Positions 52,054 through 61,979 of a stretch of DNA of 64,000 nucleotides are shown here, piece after piece. The number at the start of each line of letters is the position of its first letter. The stretch's first letter is position 1. The stretch comes from an uncultured Actinomycetes bacterium (GTDB taxonomy: Bacteria; Actinomycetota; UBA4738; HRBIN12). Where the stretch lies: positions 94,265 to 158,264 of the forward strand of contig CAVSXK010000026.1 of NCBI GenBank assembly GCA_963731925.1, given 5' to 3'. The notes below the pieces were generated by a model that made no database searches, was not told where the DNA came from, and was given only the letters and a program-made list of their open reading frames with translations. The position numbers were made by a program, and so were the translations under genes.

Positions 52054-52611
52054 TCACCCGCTCCCTGTCGTCGTTCCGGTCAGGTGCTCGCGCGCCTCCA
52101 GCAGGCGCGACCGCACCGACCCGTCGAAGATCTCGTCGCCGATCTTGGCCACCGCGCCGCCGACCACGCTCGGGTCGATGACGACCCTGACCTCGATCTG
52201 CCGTCCGGTGGCCCTGGAGAGGGCGTCGGCCAGCCTCTTGGTCCTCGCCTCGTCGAGCGGGACCGCCGAACGGACCTCGGCGACCGCCTGCTCCCGGGTC
52301 TGCGCGACGACCTCCGCGAGCGCCTCGACGATCCGTCCGAGCTCCCGGGCGCGACCCAGCTCGACGAGGAAGCCCAGCAGGTTCAACGTCAGCGGGCTGG
52401 CGTGCTCGCCGAGCGTGTCGGCGATCAGCCGGCGTTTGTTCTCCGTCGGGAGGGCCGGATCCGTGAGCGCGTCTCGCAACCGTGTCTCGCGCTCGAGCAG
52501 CTTGGCGAACGCGAACAGCTGCCGCTCGGTCGCGTCGAGCCCGCCCTCGGCATCGGCGACCCGGAACAGCGCCTCCGCGTAGCTCCGAACGAGCTCGTCC
52601 TTGGTCGCCAC
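52054..52611 (-). CDS. atpH: F0F1 ATP synthase delta
   Basis: [21 protein letters not shown]....GD...DGSV. Confidence 0.92.
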   Translation of the reverse strand: MATKDELVRSYAEALFRVADAEGGLDATERQLFAFAKLLERETRLRDALTDPALPTENKRRLIADTLGEHASPLTLNLLGFLVELGRARELGRIVEALAEVVAQTREQAVAEVRSAVPLDEARTKRLADALSRATGRQIEVRVVIDPSVVGGAVAKIGDEIFDGSVRSRLLEAREHLTGTTTGSG

Positions 52612-52612
52612 G

Positions 52613-53188
52613 TCAGTGCTTCCCGTTCCCCGCCGCGCCCTTCGCGACCTCGTCGATGTACCCGTCGATCAAGCGCTGGTGCGCCTTCGCGTCCAGGGAT
52701 TCGCCCACCACGCGGCCCGCCAGCGTCACGGCGATCTCGCCGATCTCGCCCCGGAGCTCCTGGAAGACGCGATCGCGCTCCGCGCGGATCTCCTCCTGCG
52801 CCTTCGCGACCGTCGCCGCCGCTTCCCGCTCGGCCCTGGCCTGGATGTCGGCGCGCAGCTGCTCCGCGGTCTTCCGAGCCTCCTCGATGATGCCGTTCGA
52901 CTCCTCGCGCGCGTTCGCGAGCTGTTGCCGGTACCCGGCGAGCTCTTGCTCGGCTTGCCTCCGGGTCTCCTCCGCGCGCTCCAGGTCACCCTGGATCTTG
53001 TCGCGCCGCTCCTCGAGGAGCGCGCTGACGCGCGGGAGCACCCACTTCCAGACGAAGTAGAACAGGATCGCGAACGCGAGCGCCCCGACCAGGAGCTCCT
53101 CCCAGTGCGGGTAGAGATCCTTCGCGTCGTTGACGGGCTCGGCTTCTTCTTCGGCCTGGGCCAGGAACCAGAGGATCGTTGCGACCAC
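52613..53188 (-). CDS. atpF: F0F1 ATP synthase subunit b
   Basis: TM AFAILFYFVWKWVLP, LEERR..I, coiled coil; GTG start at 53188 after AAGGAG. Confidence 0.92.
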   Translation of the reverse strand: MVATILWFLAQAEEEAEPVNDAKDLYPHWEELLVGALAFAILFYFVWKWVLPRVSALLEERRDKIQGDLERAEETRRQAEQELAGYRQQLANAREESNGIIEEARKTAEQLRADIQARAEREAAATVAKAQEEIRAERDRVFQELRGEIGEIAVTLAGRVVGESLDAKAHQRLIDGYIDEVAKGAAGNGKH

Positions 53189-53202
53189 CTTCGGCTCCTT
53201 CC

Positions 53203-53466
<264 letters not shown>

Positions 53467-54267
53467 CTAATGCTCTTCGGCTATCGCACCGCCGATGTAG
53501 GAGGCGGTGAGGATGGTGAAGATGAACGCTTGCAGGACCGATACGAAGATCTCGAAACCGACCAGCGCGACCCCGATCGCGAACGACAGCGGGGCGATCG
53601 CGTAGAGGATCCCACCCGACTCGAGCATCGCGATCGTGCCCAGGAAGAACACGGCGAGCAGGAAGTGACCGGCGAGGAAGTTGGCCCAGAGTCGGACGGA
53701 CAGGGTGATCGGCCGGACGATGATCTGGGTGATGAACTCGATGGGCACCAGCAGCGGTAAGAGCCAGACCGGCGCCCCCGGCGGGATCAGCACGTGCTTC
53801 ATGTACCCGCCGAACCCGTGCTTGCGGATGCCGACGACGTTGTAGGTGATCCACGCGATGATGGCCATCACGAGCGGGAAGGCGATCCGGCTGTTGGACG
53901 AGAAGTTGACCCACGGGGCCACTTCCCAGATGTTCCAGAAGAAGATCGCGAAGAACAGCGTCGCGAGCAGGGGCATGTACCGATCCCCTTCGGGCCCGAT
54001 CATCTGGAGCGCGATGTTCTCGCGGACGAACTGGATCCCGATCTCCGCAGTGCTCTGGAGCTTCCCGGGCACGACCCGTGGCTTGCGGAGCGCGAAGTAG
54101 AAGAAGCCCAGCATCGCCAAGAACCCGAGCAGGACCAGGAAGTAGATGAAGTTCATGCAGAACTCGAGGCCACCGACCCGCAGCGCCGGACCCCAGCAAT
54201 CCCAGACGAAGTCCTTGGTGGACGGGGGCTCGAACGCCGCCAGGACCGAACCGAACGTCCCCGTCAC
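53467..54267 (-). CDS. atpB: F0F1 ATP synthase subunit a
   Basis: PIEFI..RPITLSVRLWANFLAGH, LQAFIFTIL...YI; GTG start at 54267 inferred. Confidence 0.93.
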   Translation of the reverse strand: MTGTFGSVLAAFEPPSTKDFVWDCWGPALRVGGLEFCMNFIYFLVLLGFLAMLGFFYFALRKPRVVPGKLQSTAEIGIQFVRENIALQMIGPEGDRYMPLLATLFFAIFFWNIWEVAPWVNFSSNSRIAFPLVMAIIAWITYNVVGIRKHGFGGYMKHVLIPPGAPVWLLPLLVPIEFITQIIVRPITLSVRLWANFLAGHFLLAVFFLGTIAMLESGGILYAIAPLSFAIGVALVGFEIFVSVLQAFIFTILTASYIGGAIAEEH

Positions 54268-54683
54268 CGCGCCACCTCGCGCCGCTCGCTCGGGTCCGTC
54301 CACAGGTCCGCCTGCATCCGCCCCGAGAGCAGCTTCATCTCGACCACGAGCAGGGCGACCGTCGACGGGATGAGGGCCGCGATGAAGGCGACGATCGAGA
54401 ACCAGTCGGTCTGCTGGAGCAGGGCGATGACCGCGACGATCACACCGAGGCGTACGAGGAATCCACCCAGGCCGACCGCGTAGAGCACGGTCGGCGAGAT
54501 CGACGCCGCCAGCGCCAACGAGGAGCCGTGGGCGACGAAGTTGAGGTAGACGACGGCGATCGCGATGGCCGCGGACCACCCGGCATCGGTCCCGTCGATG
54601 AGCGTCCCGAGGGCGAAGGCCCCGATCGCCACGGGGAGCGCGAACGGCGAGATGCGCCGGATCATCTCTCGCTCAGGCGCCAC
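54264..54683 (-). CDS. atpI: ATP synthase protein I
   Basis: Four-TM protein immediately upstream of atpB. Confidence 0.75.
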   Translation of the reverse strand: MAPEREMIRRISPFALPVAIGAFALGTLIDGTDAGWSAAIAIAVVYLNFVAHGSSLALAASISPTVLYAVGLGGFLVRLGVIVAVIALLQQTDWFSIVAFIAALIPSTVALLVVEMKLLSGRMQADLWTDPSERREVAR

Positions 54684-54909
54684 CGTGGTTCCCTTCCCCT
54701 TTGCCGAATCGCAGGTACACGAGATAGATCGCTCCGGCGGCGCCGAGCACGATCCCCACCGCGGTGAGGACGCGCGGGTTGATCCCGAGCAGCCGGTCGG
54801 CCAGGTAGCCCAGGCTCCCCCACACGAGGATCCCCCCGACCAGCGTCGAGGTGACCGCCCAACCGATCCCCATGCCGGCCCAAGCGCCGTCGCGTCCGGA
54901 ACCCGCCAT
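54673..54909 (-). CDS. atpZ: AtpZ/AtpI-family small membrane protein
   Basis: GG..V.G.LGY.AD...G..P...A.GI.LG pattern; first gene of the operon. Confidence 0.75.
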   Translation of the reverse strand: MAGSGRDGAWAGMGIGWAVTSTLVGGILVWGSLGYLADRLLGINPRVLTAVGIVLGAAGAIYLVYLRFGKGEGNHGGA

Positions 54910-54918
54910 GGGCGCGGA

Positions 54919-54948
54919 AGTATATCCGCGGCCGAATCGGCGCGTCAA
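54919..54948 (-). promoter_or_regulatory. Primary-sigma promoter of the atp operon: TTGACG-N18-TATACT
   Basis: -35 at 54943-54948, -10 at 54919-54924, 9 nt before the ATG. Confidence 0.65.
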
Positions 54949-55006
54949 ACCTCTCGGATCCCGTTTCCGCAGGTAGATGGCCCTTTTCCCGTCGCCCGCT
55001 TCGAGC

Positions 55007-55024
55007 TTGTGAAATGTTTCACGA
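55007..55024. promoter_or_regulatory. Rex operator-like site TTGTGAA-N4-TTCACGA
   Basis: One mismatch to the Rex consensus TTGTGAA-N4-TTCACAA; upstream of the atp operon. Confidence 0.65.
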
Positions 55025-55073
55025 ACTCTCGGGGCGGACGCGACGTCTCGCGCCCGAGGACCCGCGGCGAAGG

Positions 55074-55934
55074 TCAGGTCCGGCGGCGTTGCGTGAGCGC
55101 CAGCGCCAACGCCAACGTCGCGCCCGTGACGAAGATGATCGTCGCGAAGGCGAAGACGTGGGGCGGGATCCCGACCCTCGTCGAGCCGAACACCCACGTC
55201 GGGAACATCGTTGCGGGACCCTGCGTGAACTGGCTGATCACGAAGTCGTCCATCGACAGGGCGAACGCGAGCAGGAACCCCGCCAGGATCCCCGGGAACA
55301 GCAAGGGCAGCGTCACCTTGAAGAACGCCGTCACGGGCCTAGCGCCGAGATCCATGGCCGCGGCCTCCAGAGACCGGTCGAGCCCCGCGGCTCTCGCCCG
55401 GACCGTCACCGCCACGAACGCGATGCTGAACATCGTGTGCGAGAGGAACAGGGTTGACAGCCCTCTCGTGACGCCGAGGGCGACGAAGAACGACGCGAGC
55501 GCAGCCCCGAGCACGATCTCAGGCGACGCGATGCTCAGGAAGATCAGGAAATCGGTCCCTCCGCGCCCACGGAAACGGTATCGGGCGAGCGCGAGCCCGA
55601 GGAGCGTCCCCAACGCCGTGGCGGCGAGCGCGGACAGGAGCCCGATCGTCAGCGAATGCCGGAGCGAAGCCGTCAGGTCCGGGAGCTCGAACAGGCGCCC
55701 GTACCACTCGGTGGTGAACCCGAGCCAGGTCGTCTTGACACGCGGCGAGGTGCCGAACCCGCCCCGTGTCTGGTTGAAGCTGAACAGGATGATGACGAAG
55801 ATCGGGAAGGACAGATACACGATGAAGGCCATGACGTACGTGGGCAGGACGAACCGTGTCCAACGCTTCCTCGGCCGCCGAGCGACGGGCTCGGGAAGTC
55901 GAACCTTCCGCGGTTGGGTGCTGACGGCGCTCAT
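55074..55934 (-). CDS. Polyamine-type ABC permease (PotC-like)
   Basis: FSFN, WY..LF, L.HSL, EAA motif SLEAAAMDLGA, FALSMDDFVIS; ATG start at 55934. Confidence 0.88.
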   Translation of the reverse strand: MSAVSTQPRKVRLPEPVARRPRKRWTRFVLPTYVMAFIVYLSFPIFVIILFSFNQTRGGFGTSPRVKTTWLGFTTEWYGRLFELPDLTASLRHSLTIGLLSALAATALGTLLGLALARYRFRGRGGTDFLIFLSIASPEIVLGAALASFFVALGVTRGLSTLFLSHTMFSIAFVAVTVRARAAGLDRSLEAAAMDLGARPVTAFFKVTLPLLFPGILAGFLLAFALSMDDFVISQFTQGPATMFPTWVFGSTRVGIPPHVFAFATIIFVTGATLALALALTQRRRT

Positions 55935-56836
55935 CCCTCGGTGATCCTCTCGGTGCCGAGGACCCGCGCGTAGATCACGGCCCCGACCACCATGAAGGCC
56001 ATCAGTACGAAGGCGAGCGCCGCTCCTTCGGGATAGTCCCGGTTCCGGAGGAACTCCGCCTGGATGACGTTGCCGATCATGGACGTGCCTGGCGCGAAGT
56101 TGCCGAGCACCGCGGCGTTCACGTAATCGCCGATCGCGGGGATCGATGTGAGCAGGACCGCCGCGAGCACGCCGGGCAGCGACAGGGGGAGCACCACCTT
56201 GAGGAACGCCTGGGCCCGGTTCGAGTACAGGTCCCTGGCCGCCTCGACCAGGCTCCGATCGACCTGCTCGAGCGAGACGTACAGGGGCAGGATCGTGAAC
56301 GGGACGAGGTTGTACGTGATCCCGGCGATGACCGCGAACGTCGTGCCCAGGACGTGGTAGCCCTCCGGCAGCAACCCGATGCTCTTCATCGTGCCGAGGA
56401 CGATCCCGTCGTCGGACAGGATGAAGCTCCACGCGACCGTTCGGATCACGAACGAGATGAAGAACGGCAGCAGGAGGAGGAACAGGAAGACGGACTTGAA
56501 CCGGCCACCGTAGAACGCGATCCAATACGCGACGGGGTAGGCGATCAGCAGCGCGGCCACCGTCACGATCACCCCGTTGCGGATCGACCGGACCAGGAAC
56601 GTGCCGTTGTCGGCGATCGCGTCGGTGAAGTTCGCGAACCGGAACGTCTGCCGGAACCCCTCGAGGCTGGTTCCCTCCTGCAGCGACAGGCTCGCCATCG
56701 CGAACATCGGGATCACGAACAGCACCAGCAGCCAGATCAACGCCGGCCCCGACAGGATGTAGGGAGCGGCGGACCGTCTCGGGCGCCGCTCCGGCGGGTC
56801 TACGAGATGAAGATCGGGTTGAACAGGTCGTTCCAT
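55931..56836 (-). CDS. Polyamine-type ABC permease (PotB-like); start uncertain
   Basis: AYP.AY, LPFF.SFVIR..AW, PF.ILPLY..L, LVEAARDL, PLSLPG; the nearest upstream in-frame ATG is 56836, inside the SBP 3' end. Confidence 0.82.
   Translation of the reverse strand: MERPVQPDLHLVDPPERRPRRSAAPYILSGPALIWLLVLFVIPMFAMASLSLQEGTSLEGFRQTFRFANFTDAIADNGTFLVRSIRNGVIVTVAALLIAYPVAYWIAFYGGRFKSVFLFLLLLPFFISFVIRTVAWSFILSDDGIVLGTMKSIGLLPEGYHVLGTTFAVIAGITYNLVPFTILPLYVSLEQVDRSLVEAARDLYSNRAQAFLKVVLPLSLPGVLAAVLLTSIPAIGDYVNAAVLGNFAPGTSMIGNVIQAEFLRNRDYPEGAALAFVLMAFMVVGAVIYARVLGTERITEG
56763..56792 (-). other. Stem-loop just downstream of the SBP stop codon
   Basis: GGAGCGGCG / CGCCGCTCC perfect 9-bp inverted repeat with a 12-nt loop. 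Confidence 0.5.
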
Positions 56837-58099
56837 ACCTCGATCTCTTCCCCCTCCAGGACCCGGTAGTTGTAGAGGTTCGCCTCGAGCTCGGGCGTGG
56901 GGAACACGAACGGGCTCGTCGCGATGGTCTCGAGCACTTCCTTGTTGGCGCCTTTCGCGGCGTCCGCATCTGCCTGGACGATCTCGCCGCCCGCCGGGAC
57001 CGGCGAGACGTATGCGTTCCATTCCGTGAGCATCGCGGCGTACGTCGGGATCGTAGTACCAGTCCATCAGCATCATCGCGCCGACCGGGTTGGCGGCGTG
57101 GTTCGGGATGCAGCCGTTGTCGACCCAGACGATCGCGCCGCTGTCCAACGCCGTGAACTCGAACGTCGCGTATTCGGGGAAGTACAGCTTGTCGTTGATG
57201 ATGTCGCCCGACCACGCCATCGTGACCCAGAGGTCCTCGTTCTCGATCGCGGTCAGATAGGCCTGGTCGAACCAGCCGCGGAGGACGCCCGAATCGTTGA
57301 ACCGCTGCAGGAAGTCCGCGGCCTGCTGCCAATCGTCGGGCGTCGACGTCTCGGGGTTGATCCCGAGCTCCATCATCGTGAGGTTCTGGGCGTCCGCGGT
57401 GTTGTTGAACATCCCCACGTGACCCGCGTACTTCGGGTTGAGCATCTGCTCGAGGGTCGTGATCTCCTCGTCGACGAACTTCGTGTTGTACGCGATCCCG
57501 GTCATCCCCGATTGCCAGGCCATCGTGTACCGGTTGCCCGGGTCGAACGCCGGGTCCTTGAACGCCGGGCCGACGTTGGCGTCGAAGTTCGGCCGGCGCG
57601 TCGGGTCGAGCTCGATCAGGTACCCGAGCTGGATCATCTCGGTGAGCTCCTGGCCGTTCGTGATCACGATGATGTCGTGCCCGGTGTCCTGCCCGGCCTC
57701 GAGCGCCGGCCGGATCGCGGCGTAGAACTCCTCGTTGGAGTTGATGTCCGCCCGGTAGGTGACGTCGATCCCCGTCGCCTGGATGAACTCGAACAGCGAC
57801 GGGCGGCTTCCAGGCCCGTCGATCGAGAAGTCACGGTCGATGTACGCCGGCCAGTTCGTGAAGTTGATGAAGTCGCCGGCCTGCTGCTGCGCCCACCAAT
57901 CGGCCGAGCCCTCACCACCGGGCGTCGGACCCGTGGTCTGCTCCTCGCCGCCCACGCCGCACGCGGCCAGGATCGAGGACAGGCCCAGCGCTCCGGCCCC
58001 GGCTCCGGCGTATCGGAAGAGCTCACGCCGGGACATCCGGCGTCGGGTCATCCCGCGGATCCATGCAGGATCCCCGAACGGCACTGGCTTGTCGCTCAT
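56800..58099 (-). CDS. Polyamine-type ABC substrate-binding lipoprotein (PotD/PotF-like), Tat signal; +1 frameshift near 57048
   Basis: SRRELF plus lipobox ILAAC; NWPAYID, W.SG.TGIAYN, MAWSGD, WVDN..IP; the C-terminus is ORF 56800-57033. Confidence 0.85.
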
Positions 58100-59217
58100 T
58101 CACCCTCCTCCGGTTCGGTCTGCGAGCGATCCACGACGAACGTGTGCTCCGGCAGCCACTCGAGGCGGACCCTGTCACCCGCGTTGGGATGCGAGCCCGC
58201 GGCGCCGAGGTTCTGCACGTACACACGGAGCATGTGGCCGCCCGGCCCCTCGACCTCGTACTGGTAGTTGACGCCGATGTACGTAGAGATACGTATGACG
58301 CCCGAGACATGGTTCCGGTCCGCGGGCGGGCTCCCGTCCTGCGGGACGAGCGTGATCTTCTCGGGACGAACCCCTACCTGCACGGCCCCGGTCAGATCCG
58401 GCGGGATCGTGGCCGTGTCCGCACGCATGACGTCCCCTCCCTCCGTGACGATCGAGGTGTAACCGTTCGACTCGGCCTTCATCTCGCCGAGGAGCAGGTT
58501 CGAGGCGCCGAGGAAGCTCGCCACGAACGGCGTGGCGGGATGCTCGTAGACCTCCTCCGGGCCGCCGGTCTGCTCGATCCGGCCGTGACGCATCACCGCG
58601 AGACGATCGGACATCGTCATCGCCTCTTCTTGATCGTGGGTCACGTAGATGAACGTGATCCCGACCTCCTGCTGGATGCTCTTCAGCTCGAGCTGCATCT
58701 GCTTGCGCAGCTTGAGGTCCAGGGCCCCGAGCGGCTCGTCCAGCAGCAGGACCTTCGGCCGGTTGACCAGCGCTCGAGCCAGCGCCACGCGCTGCTGCTG
58801 TCCACCCGACATCTGTCCGGGCTTGCGCTTGTCGAACCCTCCCATCTCGACCAGGCGTAGGGCGTCGTCGACCCGGGACTTGACCTCGTCCTTGGGGACC
58901 TTCTTGCGTCGCAGCCCGAACGCGACGTTCTCGAACACGTCCAGGTGCGGGAACAGCGCGTACGACTGGAACACGGTGTTGACGTCCCGTTTGTACGGAG
59001 GGAAGTCGGTCACGTCCCGGCCACCCAGGTAGACCGTCCCGCGCGACGGATCCTCGAACCCGCCGATCATCCGGAGCGTCGTCGTCTTCCCGCACCCCGA
59101 GGGCCCGAGCAGGCTGAAGAACTCCCCCTCGGCGATGTCGAGCGAGAGATCGTCCACCGCCACTGCGTCACCGAACGTCTTCGTCACCCGCTCGAGGCGG
59201 ACGTCGATCTCGGGCAC
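58096..59217 (-). CDS. Polyamine-type ABC ATPase (PotA-like) with TOBE domain
   Basis: GPSGCGKTT, TVFQSYALFPHL, MSGGQQQRVALARA, LLDEPL.ALD.KLR..MQ.EL, VTHDQEEA; GTG after AGGAGG. Confidence 0.92.
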   Translation of the reverse strand: MPEIDVRLERVTKTFGDAVAVDDLSLDIAEGEFFSLLGPSGCGKTTTLRMIGGFEDPSRGTVYLGGRDVTDFPPYKRDVNTVFQSYALFPHLDVFENVAFGLRRKKVPKDEVKSRVDDALRLVEMGGFDKRKPGQMSGGQQQRVALARALVNRPKVLLLDEPLGALDLKLRKQMQLELKSIQQEVGITFIYVTHDQEEAMTMSDRLAVMRHGRIEQTGGPEEVYEHPATPFVASFLGASNLLLGEMKAESNGYTSIVTEGGDVMRADTATIPPDLTGAVQVGVRPEKITLVPQDGSPPADRNHVSGVIRISTYIGVNYQYEVEGPGGHMLRVYVQNLGAAGSHPNAGDRVRLEWLPEHTFVVDRSQTEPEEGE

Positions 59218-59305
59218 GCAACCTCCTGTCGGAACGAACGGGACGGGTCGTGTTCGCGCCACACCCTTGAGCGGGGATTATTACCCCCCTCGGCCTACAG
59301 CGCAC

Positions 59306-59327
59306 ACCCAGGCGGGCGCGCCTGGGT
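59306..59327 (-). terminator. Hairpin at the wecA-like stop codon
   Basis: ACCCAGGCG-ggcg-CGCCTGGGT perfect 9-bp stem. Confidence 0.55.
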
Positions 59328-60628
59328 CACGCGGTGTCCCGGGTCCTCGACGAGGCGGGGGCGTCCGAGAGCGCGGGCGTCGACTCCGGACGCAACGGGA
59401 CGCCATCGGGACTCGCGGGTGCGGAGGACTCGTTCGAGGCTGCGACCGACGCCCCGTCTCCACGGGAGCCGTCCGCCGCGGCGCCTCGCCGATGCCTTCC
59501 GGCGCGACGCCCCGAGGGCGCTGCCTGGGCCGGCCGGTCGCTCCCACGCGGGTTCCGGTCCCGGATGAGCCGAGGCAGGACGGTCGCGACGAGGACGGCC
59601 GACACGAGGATGACCCCGACCAGCACACGCCCGTCGACGTAGGCGACCACGAGCGCCGCACCCGCGATCAACGCGCTCCACAGGTACATGAGCAGGACGG
59701 CCTCCCGGTGGGAGTGGCCGATGTCCATCAACCGGTGGTGGATGTGCTCCTTGTCGGCGTGCGCGATGCCGATCCCCTTCCGCATCCGCCGCACGATCGC
59801 GAGCACGACGTCCAGGAGGGGGACGGCCAGGACGAGCAACGGGATGACGATCGGGATGGCGATCGCCGCGAGGTCACCGCCGCTCGGCCCCTCGAGGTTC
59901 TGCCCCACCCCCGAGATCGTCGCCACCGCCATGAGGAGTCCGAGCAGGAGCGCACCCGAGTCTCCCATGAAGATCTTGGCGGGATAGAAGTTCCACGGCA
60001 GGAAGCCGAGGGCGACCCCGGCGACGATCGTCGACATCAGCGCCGCCACGCTTGCCTGATCGCCGCCGTCCGGCGTTCGGAAGTAGGCGAAGAAGGCGAT
60101 CGCCGCGATCGCGACCATCCCGGCCGCGAGGCCGTCGAGACCGTCGACGAGGTTCACGGCGTTCATGAGCGCGACGATCCACAGGACGGTCAGCGGGACG
60201 GCCAGGTTGGGCTGGAGCGCCAGCACGTCTTGGCCCGGGAAGTAGAAGTACAGGAGCTGCACGCCGAGGAGCACGACGATCCCCGCGGCCAGCACCTGGC
60301 CCGCGAGCTTTCCGAGGGCCGACACGCCGCGCGTGTCGTCGACCATCCCCAGCACGACGACCACGGTCGCGGCGACGAACGCCGCGTCGAGCTCTGAGGA
60401 CGTCTCGCGCAGGTCGGACAGGAACGGGATCGCTCGCGCAGCGAGGAGGCCGGCCGCGACGCCCACGTACATCGCCAGACCTCCGGCGGTGGGTGTGGGT
60501 CTCGGATGCACCTTGCGGTCGGACGGTTGGTCGATCCAGCCGCGCCACAGCGCGAGCCGACGCACGACCGGCGTGACCAGGAAGGTCACACCGGCACTCG
60601 CCGCGAACACCAGGAGATACGGACGCAC
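59327..60628 (-). CDS. MraY/WecA-family polyprenyl-phosphate HexNAc-1-phosphate transferase
   Basis: P..GGLA, LG.VDD, NAVNLVDGLDGLA, WNF.PAKIFMGDSG, H.HH.L. Confidence 0.9.
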   Translation of the reverse strand: MRPYLLVFAASAGVTFLVTPVVRRLALWRGWIDQPSDRKVHPRPTPTAGGLAMYVGVAAGLLAARAIPFLSDLRETSSELDAAFVAATVVVVLGMVDDTRGVSALGKLAGQVLAAGIVVLLGVQLLYFYFPGQDVLALQPNLAVPLTVLWIVALMNAVNLVDGLDGLAAGMVAIAAIAFFAYFRTPDGGDQASVAALMSTIVAGVALGFLPWNFYPAKIFMGDSGALLLGLLMAVATISGVGQNLEGPSGGDLAAIAIPIVIPLLVLAVPLLDVVLAIVRRMRKGIGIAHADKEHIHHRLMDIGHSHREAVLLMYLWSALIAGAALVVAYVDGRVLVGVILVSAVLVATVLPRLIRDRNPRGSDRPAQAAPSGRRAGRHRRGAAADGSRGDGASVAASNESSAPASPDGVPLRPESTPALSDAPASSRTRDTA

Positions 60629-60688
60629 GCTGTCAGGCGATGCTACTCCCTGCCGGGTGGCAGGCGACGGTTCGGGCTCGCGGTCCCG

Positions 60689-61978
60689 TCAGCCGGCGTA
60701 GGCGGGGAAGCGACCCATGAGCTCGGCGACGCGAGCACGGCTGGCGGCCTCGACCTCGGGGTCGCCCGGGTCCCGGAGCGTCGCGCCGATGATGCTCGAC
60801 ACCTCCTTCATCTCGGGTTCGTCCATCCCGAGTGTGGCCGGCCCCGGCGTCCCCACCCGGATCCCCGAAGGATCCATGGGCGGCTGCGGGTCGAACGGGA
60901 TGCCGTTCTTGTTGATCGCGATGCCGATCTCATCGCAGACGGCCTCCGCCTGCTTGCCCCCGATCCCGAGCGGCCGCACGTCGCACAGCGACAGGTGCGA
61001 GTCCGTCCCACCCGAGACGATCCGGACCCCTTCGTCGGCCAGACCCTGGGCGAGCGCTCGAGACGTTCGGACGACCCGAGCGGCGTACTCCCCGAAGGAG
61101 GGATCCATCGCTTCCTTCAAGCACACGGCCTTCGCGGCGATCACGTGCTCGAGCGGCCCGCCCTGCATCATCGGGAACACCGCCTTGTCGATCGCCTTGG
61201 CGTGCTCCTCGCGGGACAGGATGATCGCGCCCCGCGGGCCGCGGAGCGTCTTGTGCGTCGTGAAGGTCACGACGTCGGCGAACGGCACCGGGCTCGGGTA
61301 CGCCCCGCCCGCGCACAGGCCGATGAAATGCGACGCGTCGACCCACAGGATCGCGCCGACCTCGTCGGCGATGCTCCTGAACGCGGCCCAGTCGATCAGC
61401 CTCGGATAGGCGGTGTACCCGGCGAGGACGACCTTGGGACGGTGCTCCATCGCCAGCTCGCGGATGCGGTCGTAGTCGAGCTGCTCGGTCTCGCGATCGA
61501 CCTCGTAGCCGACGAACGTGAACCACTTGCCGGACACGTTGACGGGCGACCCGTGCGTGAGGTGGCCGCCGTGCGCGAGCACCAGACCGAGCACCTTGTC
61601 CTGCGATCGCGGCTCGAGGAACGCCCCGAACACCGCCAGGTTCGCCTGGGCGCCGGCATGCGGTTGCACGTTCGCGTGGTCGGCGCCGAACAGCTCCTTG
61701 GCGCGATCGATCGCGAGCTGCTCGGTGACGTCGACGAACCGACAGCCGCCGTAGTAGCGCCGGCCAGGGTAGCCCTCGGCATACTTGTTGTTCATCGTGG
61801 ACGCCTGCGCGGCGAGCACGGCCGGGCTCGCGTAGTTCTCGGACGCGATCAGCCGAAGGGTGCTCCGCTCCCTTGTGAGCTCGCCGGCGATCGCATCCGC
61901 GACCTCCGGGTCCGACTCGCGCAGCGCGTCCCAGTCCGCAACGAAGCCGTCGCGTGCGGTCGATCGGTGTTCGGGCAT
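60689..61978 (-). CDS. glyA: Serine hydroxymethyltransferase
   Basis: LIASEN, NKYAEGYPG.RYYGG, NVQPH.G, GGHLTHG, TTHKTLRGPRG, GGTDSHL, SGIRVGT. Confidence 0.96.
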   Translation of the reverse strand: MPEHRSTARDGFVADWDALRESDPEVADAIAGELTRERSTLRLIASENYASPAVLAAQASTMNNKYAEGYPGRRYYGGCRFVDVTEQLAIDRAKELFGADHANVQPHAGAQANLAVFGAFLEPRSQDKVLGLVLAHGGHLTHGSPVNVSGKWFTFVGYEVDRETEQLDYDRIRELAMEHRPKVVLAGYTAYPRLIDWAAFRSIADEVGAILWVDASHFIGLCAGGAYPSPVPFADVVTFTTHKTLRGPRGAIILSREEHAKAIDKAVFPMMQGGPLEHVIAAKAVCLKEAMDPSFGEYAARVVRTSRALAQGLADEGVRIVSGGTDSHLSLCDVRPLGIGGKQAEAVCDEIGIAINKNGIPFDPQPPMDPSGIRVGTPGPATLGMDEPEMKEVSSIIGATLRDPGDPEVEAASRARVAELMGRFPAYAG

Positions 61979-61979
61979 G

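Noticed and set aside
55931-58099. Apparent SBP-permease fusion (722 aa)
   Set aside because: The middle segment is an off-frame reading of the SBP C-terminus; removing one base at about 57048 gives two normal genes.
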